Assembly (NCBI GenBank): GCA_030599585.1
Contig: JAUVNS010000003.1
Coordinates: 224,001-288,000 of the forward strand
Direction: 5' to 3'
Length of the DNA stretch: 64,000 nucleotides
Origin: Promethearchaeota archaeon
Lineage (GTDB): Archaea > Asgardarchaeota > Lokiarchaeia > Sigyniarchaeales > SOKP01
The notes beneath the pieces were generated by a model. That model ran no database searches. It saw only the letters and a program-made list of their open reading frames with translations, and was not told the DNA's origin. Positions 1 to 9,801 of this stretch are shown here, in pieces (positions within the stretch are counted from its first letter, which is position 1; each line of letters begins with the position of its first letter). Made by a program: the position numbers and the translations under genes.

Positions 1-475
1 CGTGACCACAACCGCATTCGTGAGCTTCATGCAAATCTGGTTCACATCCTGTTTCTAAAATTTTTATTTTGAAATGAAGAGTTTTTCCTGCTAATGGATG
101 ATTCATATCTATTTTAATAAATTTGTCTTCTACTTCTTTAACCCAAGCCATGGAATGGGTCCCATTTGCATCACCAACTCCGAGCATCATACCCGGCTCC
201 GGATCTAAATCCTTTGGCAGTTGGTCGTTGCTAATAGTTTGAACTAGTAAAGGATCAATTTCGCCATAAGCTTCAGAGGCGCTTAATGTAATTTCAAATT
301 CGTTTCCAACATCTTTACCTAATACTGCATCATCAAATCCTTTAATCATCATACTTGAGCCGACTTCAAACTTTAATGCTTCTCCGCCTTGAAGCTCGGT
401 GCTATCGAATATGGTTCTGTCTTCTAATCTTCCCTCGTATGCAACTTTGATGATATCGCCTTTCTTAATCGCCAT
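1..475 (-). CDS. slyD: FKBP-type peptidyl-prolyl isomerase, SlyD-like (3' end runs off the window)
   Basis: Manual translation from ATG at 475: MAIKKGDIIKVAYEGRLEDRTIFDST...IKGFDDAVLG...AYGE...DMNHPLAGKTLHFKIKI, ending in a His/Cys tail HEAHECGCGH. Not in the ORF track because it is truncated. Confidence 0.9.
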   Translation of the reverse strand, partial: MAIKKGDIIKVAYEGRLEDRTIFDSTELQGGEALKFEVGSSMMIKGFDDAVLGKDVGNEFEITLSASEAYGEIDPLLVQTISNDQLPKDLDPEPGMMLGVGDANGTHSMAWVKEVEDKFIKIDMNHPLAGKTLHFKIKILETGCEPDLHEAHECGCGH

Positions 476-619
476 AATACATCCAATTTTTAAATAAGTA
501 ATAGAATAATAGAATTATCCATTATTACTTAACTGTTTATATTTTAGAAATTCTTCCCTAATTCTGGACTTTATTGAATAAAAATAAAAGATATTAAGAT
601 ACAAAGATATATTTAGAAA

Positions 620-1600
620 ATGAATGAAAGGAATTTTCAACTATTTTTAGAAGAGAATGAAGTTGATACCGATACAATAGAAAACTTTCTTTCAAAGCTG
701 AGAGACTATGAAAACTTTCTCAATAAAGAAAACTTAAATCTCGACTCTGTAAATCCTAAAAAACTAGTTGAGTATACTGAATACTTGGTGTCTACTAATA
801 AAGAGTCTGTTCTTGATTTTTTAAGAGCTATCTTGAGTTATGCTAATTATTCGAAGAAGTATGATTTTATTACCGAAACTATTGATATTGTTGAATCTTA
901 TAACGCAATGGATAACTTGTTCTCAAGAATTGCTGAAATTCATGGAGAGCAAATGAGGGACAAAATTTTTAGAGATTTAAATATCCCTCTATTAGGAGTG
1001 CATCCTGAAAAAAAACCGAGTTTTACCAAAAACATTATGAGAAGATTGGAGGATAATCTTGGATATGAAGACACAATCGCACTTCTTTCGCCTTGTCTCC
1101 ATGGTCGTCCCCCTGATGATATTAAAGGAGATAAAAAAAACCTTGCGGAATTGGGAATTGATGGATTTTTACTCAAAAAACACAAGGATTTAATAAAAAG
1201 GCTTGAGAAGCATAAAGACGAAGGAACTCTAGAGTTTGCCCAGCTCGTGGATGATGAAGTAATCGAATTTGTAAGAAATAACCAAATGTTCGTAGGAGTA
1301 AGAAAAGAAAATATCATTTATACTAGCAAAGTCCCCTATCAAACTAAGAAATTTTTAACAGTCAAGGATGAAAACATGAAGAAATTTTATCTTTGTTACT
1401 GTCCTTGGATTCGAAGTGCTTTGAAAGAGGAAGCTGATAACGAAATCTTAAAAAAGTTCTGTCACTGTAGTGCAGGTTGGTACAAACTGTATTGGGATCA
1501 GATTTTTGAGCAATCCATATTGGTAGAACCCATTAAAACGGGTTTAAATGGAGATCTTGAATGCACATTTGCAATCCATTTACCCGCAGATATCAAATGA
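620..1600 (+). CDS. Hypothetical protein with Cys-rich C-terminal domain (DUF6144/V4R-like)
   Basis: 326 aa; motifs PCLHG, LCYCPW, FCHCSAGW, ECTFAI; helical N-terminus. Confidence 0.5.
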   Translation: MNERNFQLFLEENEVDTDTIENFLSKLRDYENFLNKENLNLDSVNPKKLVEYTEYLVSTNKESVLDFLRAILSYANYSKKYDFITETIDIVESYNAMDNLFSRIAEIHGEQMRDKIFRDLNIPLLGVHPEKKPSFTKNIMRRLEDNLGYEDTIALLSPCLHGRPPDDIKGDKKNLAELGIDGFLLKKHKDLIKRLEKHKDEGTLEFAQLVDDEVIEFVRNNQMFVGVRKENIIYTSKVPYQTKKFLTVKDENMKKFYLCYCPWIRSALKEEADNEILKKFCHCSAGWYKLYWDQIFEQSILVEPIKTGLNGDLECTFAIHLPADIK

Positions 1601-1653
1601 AAGTAAGTAGGCCTATTAACTCTCTTCTTTAAGGAAATTATTAATTTATTAAT

Positions 1654-2469
1654 CTAGCTTTTTGAAAATCCCCCATGATGGAATTCAATTTTATAAATAA
1701 GTTTCAACTTTTTGCAATAAGCATCTATTTCTGATTCAATAGAATCCCATTGAGAATGATCTTTCCTGAATTCTTTATACATGGGTAAAAATTCAGGATT
1801 TGATTGCTTTATAATGTTTAAAATTCTTGGAATATTATGTGGTCTGAAGTTTAAATTTTCAAACATATATGAATCTGTATAATCCATCGTTTCTTCTATG
1901 ATCGCTTTGTAATTAGTAATTTTTGGAAAAAATGGTGAAATAAAGGTATATGTTTTTATTCCGCTTTCGTGTATTTCTTTTAATGCTTCTAATCGTTCTT
2001 TTGGCCTTGAAGCTCCTCGTTCAATCAATCGAGCGAAATCGTTATCTAAGGTGCTGATTGAAATACCTACTTCAAGATTTTCAAATTTTTTAAAAAGATC
2101 AATATCTCTTATAACAAATTTAGATTTTGTCAAAATTGAGATTTCTGCTTTGGTTCCTACAAGGTTTTCAAGAATTTTGCGCGTATTTTTATACTTTAAC
2201 TCTAAAGGAGTGTAGGGATCAGTTACAGAGCTAAGTAATATTCTCTTTCCATCGTATCTTTGCGGTTTAATTTTATCAAATTCGTAGGTTTTGACATCCA
2301 AGAATTCGCCCCATTTATCACCTTTGTGCCCCGTAAACCTTATCATGAATTCAGCATAGCAGTAAATACACCCATGTTGGCAACCAACGTAAGGATTAAT
2401 AACAAAATCAATTTTGGGGATGTTACTCTTGGTAATTATGTTCTTAGCTTCTCGATAATTTATATTCAT
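1654..2469 (-). CDS. Radical SAM protein, spore photoproduct lyase (SplB)-like
   Basis: INPYVGCQHGCIYCYA (CxxxCxxC), SSVTDPY, ILTKS. Confidence 0.85.
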   Translation of the reverse strand: MNINYREAKNIITKSNIPKIDFVINPYVGCQHGCIYCYAEFMIRFTGHKGDKWGEFLDVKTYEFDKIKPQRYDGKRILLSSVTDPYTPLELKYKNTRKILENLVGTKAEISILTKSKFVIRDIDLFKKFENLEVGISISTLDNDFARLIERGASRPKERLEALKEIHESGIKTYTFISPFFPKITNYKAIIEETMDYTDSYMFENLNFRPHNIPRILNIIKQSNPEFLPMYKEFRKDHSQWDSIESEIDAYCKKLKLIYKIEFHHGGFSKS

Positions 2470-2585
2470 ACTATTGAAATAAGATAATGTAAATTAAATT
2501 GAATATCTTAGTTAACTATTTTTTTTAAGATAAATCTATTATATGCTTAAAATTAATATACATAAAAAATTAGACTAGGATTTTT

Positions 2586-2780
2586 ATGCCATTAAAATTA
2601 TTTGAAAATGATAGAACCAACAAAATCGTCCTCTATATTATTCTAACAGCGTTAATAGCTACTTCGGCTATATTGGTCTCTGTACTAGTAATATATTTAA
2701 TCTCACTTGAAGAAACCGGAGGAGGATGACCGAGTACATGCAGTATCTACATAAATTTAGTTTTAAGAACAATTTTATGA
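2586..2780 (+). CDS. Candidate small single-TM selenoprotein (64 aa if UGA48 = Sec; 47 aa if stop)
   Basis: MPLKLFENDRTNKIVLYIILTALIATSAILVSVLVIYLISLEETGGG-TGA(2727-2729)-PSTCSIYINLVLRTIL-TGA. AGGA lies 5 nt upstream of the ATG; SECIS-like hairpin directly downstream. Confidence 0.7.
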
Positions 2781-2840
2781 AAAGAATGACTTTTGCGAAA
2801 AAATTTTAGTCGCAAGACGACTTGCCCTGCAAGGGTTCAT
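2777..2840 (+). promoter_or_regulatory. SECIS-like kink-turn hairpin (eukaryote/Loki type)
   Basis: AUGA at 2786-2789; stem UUUUGCGA (2791-2798) pairs with UCGCAAGA (2810-2817); A-rich loop; GA at 2819-2820; lower helices AAG/CUU and AUGAA/UUCAU. Confidence 0.7.
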
Positions 2841-2966
2841 AAAAAATAATGCTAATAATATCTTATATAATATGTAGTATTTATTTTATTCAACTATTAA
2901 TTAACATAACTCTTATAAGAGTTTAAAACCTCTTTATCACACAAATTTGAATAGCTGTGCTTTATA

Positions 2967-3770
2967 ATGTCGAAAGAAACTCCCGATAATGTTAAAAATT
3001 CTTTACGCGCAATAGGATTGACCGACTATGAGATCTCTATATATCTCACTTTAATTTCTAAAGGACCTATGGATGCAAGGGAGCTCTCAGATGCATCGGG
3101 TGTTCCCTATTCTCGAATATACAATATTTTAACTCAATTAGAAAAGGAAAAAATGTTCATTCTCAGAGAAGAAAATACTCGTCCGTCGACTTATTTTGCA
3201 AAGAGTCCTGATGAAGTGCTAATTATTGCAAAGAAACAACTTAACGATAATTTTGATAAACACTCAAACAAAATCATCCACATGCTCAAACCTGTTTACG
3301 AATCTCATGACACTCCCATAAAAATTGCTTTATATGTTCACCGAGGACGTGACGTATGTATCGGTCGTAGTATAGATTTAATCCATCGGGCTAAGAATTC
3401 TCTTTACTTCGTTGCTCCCTATTATGAATTTTTGGAAGTATTTTATGAAGATGTTAAAAAAGCAAGAGCTAGAGGGGTTATTGATATAAAAATGCTTATT
3501 GAAGAAGAAGCAATGAAAGAAAAAAATTTTAGAGACATAATCGAAAAATATAGCGAAATCTCTGAAATTCGCTCTCGCAATCAAGTATTTGGAGCAAGCG
3601 TAGTAATGGATGAAGGAGAAGACGCTTTTATTATACTGACACAAGGTTTTTTCAAAGCATTAAGCTATTTCGGTGTAGCTACTGATCATATCGCCTTTGG
3701 ACCCGCAAGCAACTTTTATTTCGACTATTTATATAAATCAGCAAAACCACTTAAAAATACGAAGAAATAA
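2967..3770 (+). CDS. TrmB-family transcriptional regulator
   Basis: GLTDYEISIYLTL...ARELSDASGVPYSRIYNILTQL winged HTH plus C-terminal effector domain. Confidence 0.9.
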   Translation: MSKETPDNVKNSLRAIGLTDYEISIYLTLISKGPMDARELSDASGVPYSRIYNILTQLEKEKMFILREENTRPSTYFAKSPDEVLIIAKKQLNDNFDKHSNKIIHMLKPVYESHDTPIKIALYVHRGRDVCIGRSIDLIHRAKNSLYFVAPYYEFLEVFYEDVKKARARGVIDIKMLIEEEAMKEKNFRDIIEKYSEISEIRSRNQVFGASVVMDEGEDAFIILTQGFFKALSYFGVATDHIAFGPASNFYFDYLYKSAKPLKNTKK

Positions 3771-3795
3771 CAAATTCACTTGATTTACCGTCTTA

Positions 3796-5805
3796 TTAAT
3801 TCTCTTTTCCGTTAAAAACAGGGATAATTATATGTGATGGGTGATCCTTATCGTGATATATTGTTTGGGTGGCGATTTGGTATTTCATTTGATTTTTTTT
3901 CCCAGCAAGATTAGAATTAACATCAAATCTTGGAAAATTACTTGAAGTAATCTCTAACCGTATTTTATGATTCTTTGGAAAGAAAATAGCAATGGATCCG
4001 ATTACAATTTCGAATTTATAAATCTTATTAGGGTTAACTAATTCAGGTGCGTCCAAATTACCGCTACGATAACGTGTTCTAATTCCAGAGTCAATTAAAT
4101 TTATAGATTTTTTATTGTTTGGGTAAACATCGACTAATTTAACCATAAAATCAGTATCTTCTACGGTAGTTGAAGCGTAAAATATTATTTTTACCTCTCC
4201 AATTATTTCCAAACCTTTTTCAAGGGCATTAGTGGTGAAAATTAGAATATCTTCACCTCTTTCAATATCAGTCTGATCTTGAGGGCCACTCAATAAGAAT
4301 AAATTTCTTCCCCCTTTAGTAATCACTGGATTGGAAGGGTCAAATAGGTATTGATCTGGTGGTTCTTCTTTAGGTCTGTTTTTAGAAAGAAAACCATCTC
4401 CGTTTAAGCTATTACTCTTTCCATTTGAGTGAAGAAATAACTTTACATCAGTTGAAGTCGGAGGCCATTTATAGAATTCTCTCCAAATATCCTTGTTTAA
4501 TATATATATCTGTAATGGAGGAATTTCAGATAAAAGCGATTGGTCCCCTTTTAAACAACAATCGTACCACCAGAAAGGGAGGATTTTTTGGAAGAACCTA
4601 AAATCGTCTTTTAAATGAGTATATTTCAATGGCTTTGAAAAAAACTTATCCATATTTATATGACTCCACGGGCCAATAATCATTTTAAACTTTTCTCTGA
4701 AAAAATCTGGAGCGTTTTGTTGTATTAACACAACATCTCGCATCATGTGCTCAATGAACATGTCATACCACCCCCCTATAAATAACATGGGTGTCTTTAA
4801 TTCATAGTTGAGTCCAAAAGCGTATGGAGATAGGTCGTAGTTGTGAAAGATATTCCTTTTATAGAACATTTCCTTTATCAGTTTTGTAAACGATCCATCA
4901 TCCATCCTTGAAACATCGACATCTGTTTTATACACTCTATTCATCATTTTAATCGAGTATTTGGGCTTATCGAAATTTGCCATATCTGACAACTTTGGCT
5001 TTTTAGAGTCTAAAGGTTCGTTATAAAAACTATTAGAAGGATTGAAAAAGAGTTGTTTGTAGTATCCATCCTTATCCCATTTGTCAAAATCCATCGTGGT
5101 TAATTTTTTCATTTTCGCAGTAGAAATCATTATTAAATATATAGCTCCTGATAACCCAACAGGATATAAGCCGCCAGGGTGCCAAAATACATTGGAATAA
5201 GAGCTATGGATAGGATTTAAACAAGCCAGTAAATTATCATTATCCCAAGATACGGCTAGTTGAGTTATTCCTAAATACGATAATCCCCACATTCCTATTT
5301 TCTTATTATACCAAAAGCGACGAGTGATCCATCGTAGTGTTTCGATTCCATCTTGGCGTTCATACATATATAGTGAATTAGTACCATACTTACTTGATTG
5401 CCCGCAGCCTCGAATATCTTGAATCACAGCGACATACCCTTTAGAGGCGATAAAATATCCTAAAATGCTTAGACTATCTTTCCAATAAGGTAGTCTTACT
5501 AGAATAGTCGGCCCCCTTCCTTTTTTTTTGTAAAGTTCTTTAGGTATGTAAATATCTGTGGCTAATTTTCCTCCATCTTCAAGCTCTATCAAAGCTTCTT
5601 TTAGTCTAATAGAACTAGTTTCTGGTAAAAAATTGACATTTTGGAGTCTTTTTGATCGCCCAATTACTTCAAAAATTTTAAATAGTGGAGAATAAATATA
5701 ATCCACAAGAAATGCCATGCGAATAAATATAGAACTTAAAGGGTCTAGAATTGTCGGTAATTTCAAACCGATCTTTATCTCTTTAGGATTAAACTTTCTT
5801 TTCAT
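3796..5805 (-). CDS. CocE/NonD-family serine hydrolase (peptidase S15)
   Basis: RLPY, QDIRGCGQS, nucleophile motif GLSYLG, GGWYD, IGPWSH, ITSSNFPRFD. Confidence 0.9.
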   Translation of the reverse strand: MKRKFNPKEIKIGLKLPTILDPLSSIFIRMAFLVDYIYSPLFKIFEVIGRSKRLQNVNFLPETSSIRLKEALIELEDGGKLATDIYIPKELYKKKGRGPTILVRLPYWKDSLSILGYFIASKGYVAVIQDIRGCGQSSKYGTNSLYMYERQDGIETLRWITRRFWYNKKIGMWGLSYLGITQLAVSWDNDNLLACLNPIHSSYSNVFWHPGGLYPVGLSGAIYLIMISTAKMKKLTTMDFDKWDKDGYYKQLFFNPSNSFYNEPLDSKKPKLSDMANFDKPKYSIKMMNRVYKTDVDVSRMDDGSFTKLIKEMFYKRNIFHNYDLSPYAFGLNYELKTPMLFIGGWYDMFIEHMMRDVVLIQQNAPDFFREKFKMIIGPWSHINMDKFFSKPLKYTHLKDDFRFFQKILPFWWYDCCLKGDQSLLSEIPPLQIYILNKDIWREFYKWPPTSTDVKLFLHSNGKSNSLNGDGFLSKNRPKEEPPDQYLFDPSNPVITKGGRNLFLLSGPQDQTDIERGEDILIFTTNALEKGLEIIGEVKIIFYASTTVEDTDFMVKLVDVYPNNKKSINLIDSGIRTRYRSGNLDAPELVNPNKIYKFEIVIGSIAIFFPKNHKIRLEITSSNFPRFDVNSNLAGKKNQMKYQIATQTIYHDKDHPSHIIIPVFNGKEN

Positions 5806-5849
5806 ACTCTAGAATGAATATAAATTTAAAGATTTTTGAATTTAACTGT

Positions 5850-6128
5850 TTACCATGTAATTGTAATTGCTTTTTCGGGGCAAACTTCGACACATTTAAA
5901 ACAACGACTGCAGAGTGAGCCCCAAATAGGCGTGATTCTCCAATCTTGAGGATCATACATATCTTTTTGCTTCTTCTCAGTACCTAACGTTTCGTGCATA
6001 ATAAATACCGCTGGATCACACGCTCTCATACACAAACCGCAGTTTCTGGGATCAATTTTTCCTTTTTCCCCACAAATAGAATACTCTATTTTTATCCTAG
6101 TTCTTTTCTTTTTCTTTGCTTTGCTCAT
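5850..6128 (-). CDS. Small 2x[4Fe-4S] ferredoxin-like protein
   Basis: CGLCMRAC and CSRCFKCVEVCP. Confidence 0.8.
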   Translation of the reverse strand: MSKAKKKKRTRIKIEYSICGEKGKIDPRNCGLCMRACDPAVFIMHETLGTEKKQKDMYDPQDWRITPIWGSLCSRCFKCVEVCPEKAITITW

Positions 6129-6136
6129 ATAATCAC

Positions 6137-7006
6137 CTAATAGGTTCCATCAAATCCCGGATATTCTTCTCTGGGAATTAATTTTAATGCATCATGTTTA
6201 CAAGCGTGACGGCAAACACCGCATCCATAACATTTATTATAGTCGATTATAACTCTATCCATTGAAGGAATAAACCGAATAGCGCTTAATTGACATGTGG
6301 CAACGCATGATTTACATCCTTGGCATTTATCCTGATCCAATTGAATAATATATTCCGCTTTATACATCACATTTATATCGAAATTGTTGCGTAATGTAAA
6401 CGCTCCACATTCAGGACTCTCACAAGAGCAAACTGCATTTATATACGGTATTGGTTGGAACCAAACGCTTGAAATGTAACCCTTTTTATTGAATTCTTCC
6501 AATTTTTCAATTGCAGTCTCTCGGTCAATCCTTACTACTCTGTCTTTCGGTATGAAGCGAGGTAATTTTTCGAGGACCTCTGACAAAACCCCAAAGTTTA
6601 TGCAGACAGCTTCCTTCTTTTTTCTCTGCATCCAACGACACATACAATAATTACATATTATAGGCTCAGCCGCAAGTTCTGACATAATAATTTGAGCATC
6701 CTCTAAGGGTATTACTTGACCAAAATGGCCATCAGCCCTTACGGGATTTCTCCTTTTTTTCTGGCTGTGAATCATGTTTTCAGCCCTCCAGCGAAGAACT
6801 TTCCCAATAATCGGCATCTTCAACTTATACCCGAGATCTTTAGAAGAAAAACCCATTATTTTTCTAATATAGACTTGCTCAAAATTCATCCATTGCTCTG
6901 TCAAGTAATCTTTCATGTTACTTTCTTCAGCAAGCTCATTGGAGTAATTTCTGGCATTCATATACCATTTTTTACCCGCTCCGTGAGACATACACCACTG
7001 GCACAT
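6137..7006 (-). CDS. 4Fe-4S dicluster protein with additional Cys motifs
   Basis: CQGCKSCVATC, CYGCGVCRHAC, plus MCQWCMSH, CMCR, VCSCESPEC. Confidence 0.8.
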   Translation of the reverse strand: MCQWCMSHGAGKKWYMNARNYSNELAEESNMKDYLTEQWMNFEQVYIRKIMGFSSKDLGYKLKMPIIGKVLRWRAENMIHSQKKRRNPVRADGHFGQVIPLEDAQIIMSELAAEPIICNYCMCRWMQRKKKEAVCINFGVLSEVLEKLPRFIPKDRVVRIDRETAIEKLEEFNKKGYISSVWFQPIPYINAVCSCESPECGAFTLRNNFDINVMYKAEYIIQLDQDKCQGCKSCVATCQLSAIRFIPSMDRVIIDYNKCYGCGVCRHACKHDALKLIPREEYPGFDGTY

Positions 7007-7159
7007 AAATTAATCCCTTTTTATCTTTAATTTTATTTCCTAATTCTATTAATAAAAATTTGGCTTTTTACTTTATAAAGCTATTTCTTTGCTATTTTTT
7101 AACACAAATGGAAGCCTAAAATAAAATTGATTTATTCTTTGCTTGTTTTTAATTATACA

Positions 7160-8089
7160 TTAAATTGATTTGAATGTTCTCAGGTGTTCCATCATTCCTA
7201 CACCAATTTCACCAGTATTTAAATCTTGAACAATAGCCATTTGTTCAAATAATTCCGTATATCCTCCAGAGAAATTTCGAGCAAACCGAATAAAAGAATT
7301 TTCTCCGAACCGCTTTGCTTTTATGGTATGATTTGCTCCGGAAATATCTTCAAATACATATGCCGTAGAGAGAGGGCTTTTAAATGAGTCTGTGTCGTAT
7401 ATTGTATCGATGTCTAATTTGGATAGTTCTACATTTCCCTTTGTATTCGATATATGACCTGATAAATCTATTTTTTCATTAGCATAATCTTTTCGGAAAG
7501 CACAAGACCAATTTTTAAATTGGAAATGACCAGCATACCATTTATCAAACTGATGCCAATCTCGGAATCCCCAACTTTTATCGCGCTGTCCAAATCCATT
7601 CAAATTTATGATTTCTCCATTTTGCTTAATAAGTTTTCCAGTTACTATTCCCGATGACTCAAAATGCTGATGCCAAGATTTAGAAGAATCCATACCAAAA
7701 TTGTAGGTTGGAAATCTCGTCTTAAAATGTAATTCAAGGCTTAGTTTTCGCGATTTGTAATTTATTATCCATTCCTCAAATGGTTTAACTAGCGTGTACG
7801 AGAGCCTATTCTCACGTAACATAACATTTAAGTCGTCGCTATAATCCTGCAGGTGGGGTTCCTTATAGTACACTTCATTCCGATCTTTTAAGAATAAAAG
7901 AAATACGAATTCTCTTTTTTTTTCATTCGGAACAATCCCAATTGTTGAAAATCCTGAAATTTTATTTTCCAAATCTGCCCAATTAAAATAGTAAGATTCC
8001 CGCCATTTTAATTCGTTAGTTGGTTGATGTAGTAGTTCATCACGATTATCTAAATCAGGGGGTAGGCTATTTTTGCCCATACCATTCAT
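7160..8089 (-). CDS. Hypothetical beta-rich protein, AttH/tocopherol-cyclase-like
   Basis: WRESYYFN, HQHFES, GFGQRDKSWGFRDW; stop/start overlap with the upstream gene. Confidence 0.5.
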   Translation of the reverse strand: MNGMGKNSLPPDLDNRDELLHQPTNELKWRESYYFNWADLENKISGFSTIGIVPNEKKREFVFLLFLKDRNEVYYKEPHLQDYSDDLNVMLRENRLSYTLVKPFEEWIINYKSRKLSLELHFKTRFPTYNFGMDSSKSWHQHFESSGIVTGKLIKQNGEIINLNGFGQRDKSWGFRDWHQFDKWYAGHFQFKNWSCAFRKDYANEKIDLSGHISNTKGNVELSKLDIDTIYDTDSFKSPLSTAYVFEDISGANHTIKAKRFGENSFIRFARNFSGGYTELFEQMAIVQDLNTGEIGVGMMEHLRTFKSI

Positions 8090-9243
8090 TCCTCAGGGAG
8101 TAAATATAGCGATGGACCTTCTTTTCTTTTCTTAGATTTACTCCGAAAAAGTCTAGGGATACCCGGATCAAAATCGCTCTCCATAAACATTGGTACGTAA
8201 GTATTCATCGTTTTCTCCGTAAGATCCCAATTTATATCACTAGTAATTCCCACAAAATTAGTATATCTCGCATATCCATAACAGTATGCGTATGCTCCAG
8301 CAATTAACCTTTGTTTTCTATCCCATTTCGAAAACTTCAAAAATAATTCTTTATTTGCTCTTTCCGAATAGTCTTTAAAAGATTCTAAAATGTCTAAATC
8401 AAGATTTTTAACTTTTTCCCCACTACGAGTAAAGAGGGAGACACCTGTAATATTGTTCGTAAAATCTTGAGGAATTGTTTCAAGAGTGGCAAAATCGTCG
8501 AAATTGATATCTACATCTTTCAATCGGAAAGCAAATGCAATATTGTTAAAAGGTGCTTTAGCATTGGTTTCAGACCAGGGAAAATGAGGCATGCCACCAT
8601 CGTAAAGATGTGAAATCTCTCTAAAAACTAAACTTTCGTTATCATTAATTTTATATGGTCCATGATCACATATCTTTGCCCTTGCTTCACATTCGTCCAG
8701 AAAAGAAACAACCTCAAGATTAGCTACAGTTCTTTTTAATTTGATCACTTCTTCTTTAGAAAGGTCTACGATATTATTTAAGGCTTGATTAACAGTAGAA
8801 TGATCCAAAACCATGTTCTTTTTGTTAGAATCATAAACCGATATTTTACAATCCCTGAAATAAGAAGTGGCTAACCTTTTCCAGAAATCTAATACAAATA
8901 AGGTTTGGTTTCTTTTCTCTAGACTTTCACTTTTAGAATCACCCCCGTTCCTTTGAATTTCTCCCATTCTTCCAATCATATAGTACAACGGAATATAAAA
9001 AATACTTAGAGCATTAATTTCAGACAAGATCTTTCGACTTTCCCGCCCCATAATTTCAGGAGTTGTTTTTTCAGAGATTTTTTTCAAAATATCATATAAC
9101 ATATCGTAAGCGTTATAAAACGATACGCAAATATAAGCAGTTACGGGGAAAAGCTGTGTCTCTAAAAGACCTCGTCTTGATACTTGGTAATCGACTAGCT
9201 CGGAAGCATGAGCTATTAATTCGTTTGCTTCTTTTACGTCCAT
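8086..9243 (-). CDS. Conserved-looking hypothetical protein divergent from the PEP-utiliser genes
   Basis: 385 aa ORF; SFLDECEARAKICDHGPY, LVFREI; no recognised family. Confidence 0.55.
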   Translation of the reverse strand: MDVKEANELIAHASELVDYQVSRRGLLETQLFPVTAYICVSFYNAYDMLYDILKKISEKTTPEIMGRESRKILSEINALSIFYIPLYYMIGRMGEIQRNGGDSKSESLEKRNQTLFVLDFWKRLATSYFRDCKISVYDSNKKNMVLDHSTVNQALNNIVDLSKEEVIKLKRTVANLEVVSFLDECEARAKICDHGPYKINDNESLVFREISHLYDGGMPHFPWSETNAKAPFNNIAFAFRLKDVDINFDDFATLETIPQDFTNNITGVSLFTRSGEKVKNLDLDILESFKDYSERANKELFLKFSKWDRKQRLIAGAYAYCYGYARYTNFVGITSDINWDLTEKTMNTYVPMFMESDFDPGIPRLFRSKSKKRKEGPSLYLLPEE

Positions 9244-9405
9244 AAGTTAATCCTTCAAAATCTTTCCTTTTATATTTAATTTTAAACTTAATTCTATTTA
9301 AATCTATGAAATTGTTTTAAGTTTTTTAAATACATTTAATTACAATATTTAAGATTTTGATATATTGAACACTAAGAAAGAAATTACCCCGCGGGAATTA
9401 TTTAT

Positions 9406-9762
9406 ATGAGAAAAGTTGGTGAAGGCTTGTCATGCTCATCTAAATCAGAGGTTACAGGGAATCTCGTTCATGTTACTAAGATTGAAGACGTGATCGATCT
9501 GTTTGATAAAGCAAAAGGAAAAATATGTTTAGTACACGATGCAGGAATAACAACGTTAGGACCAATTTTATCAGATCTAGCAGGAACTATTTGTACTACG
9601 GGTGGTGCTGGTTCCCACCTAGCTATTATCTCGAGAGAGTTTGGAATCCCTTGCATCATGGGAATTAAAATCTCTACTAACGAGATACCATTACTAATTG
9701 ATAAAAAAGTAAAAATTACACACGATGGAGAAGATAAGGGTTTTTTATATATTGAGGATTAA
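9406..9762 (+). CDS. Stand-alone PEP-utilising phosphohistidine (swivel) domain
   Basis: TTGGAGSHLAIISREFGIPC signature. Confidence 0.9.
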   Translation: MRKVGEGLSCSSKSEVTGNLVHVTKIEDVIDLFDKAKGKICLVHDAGITTLGPILSDLAGTICTTGGAGSHLAIISREFGIPCIMGIKISTNEIPLLIDKKVKITHDGEDKGFLYIED

Positions 9763-9801
9763 GTCCTTGGTTAATACTAAGAAAATTTTCGCAATCACAT
9801 T

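Noticed and set aside
940-1317. Antisense or overlapping ORFs in the track (e.g. 940-1317, 6716-7030, 10994-11359, 19107-19520, 36863-37240, 40754-41041, 42703-43236 and those within 30500-35425)
   Set aside because: They are shadows of well-supported genes on the opposite strand, with no motifs of their own.
9382-9399. CCCGCGGG palindrome before the His-carrier gene
   Set aside because: Only 8 bp, single copy, and overlapping the likely RBS.
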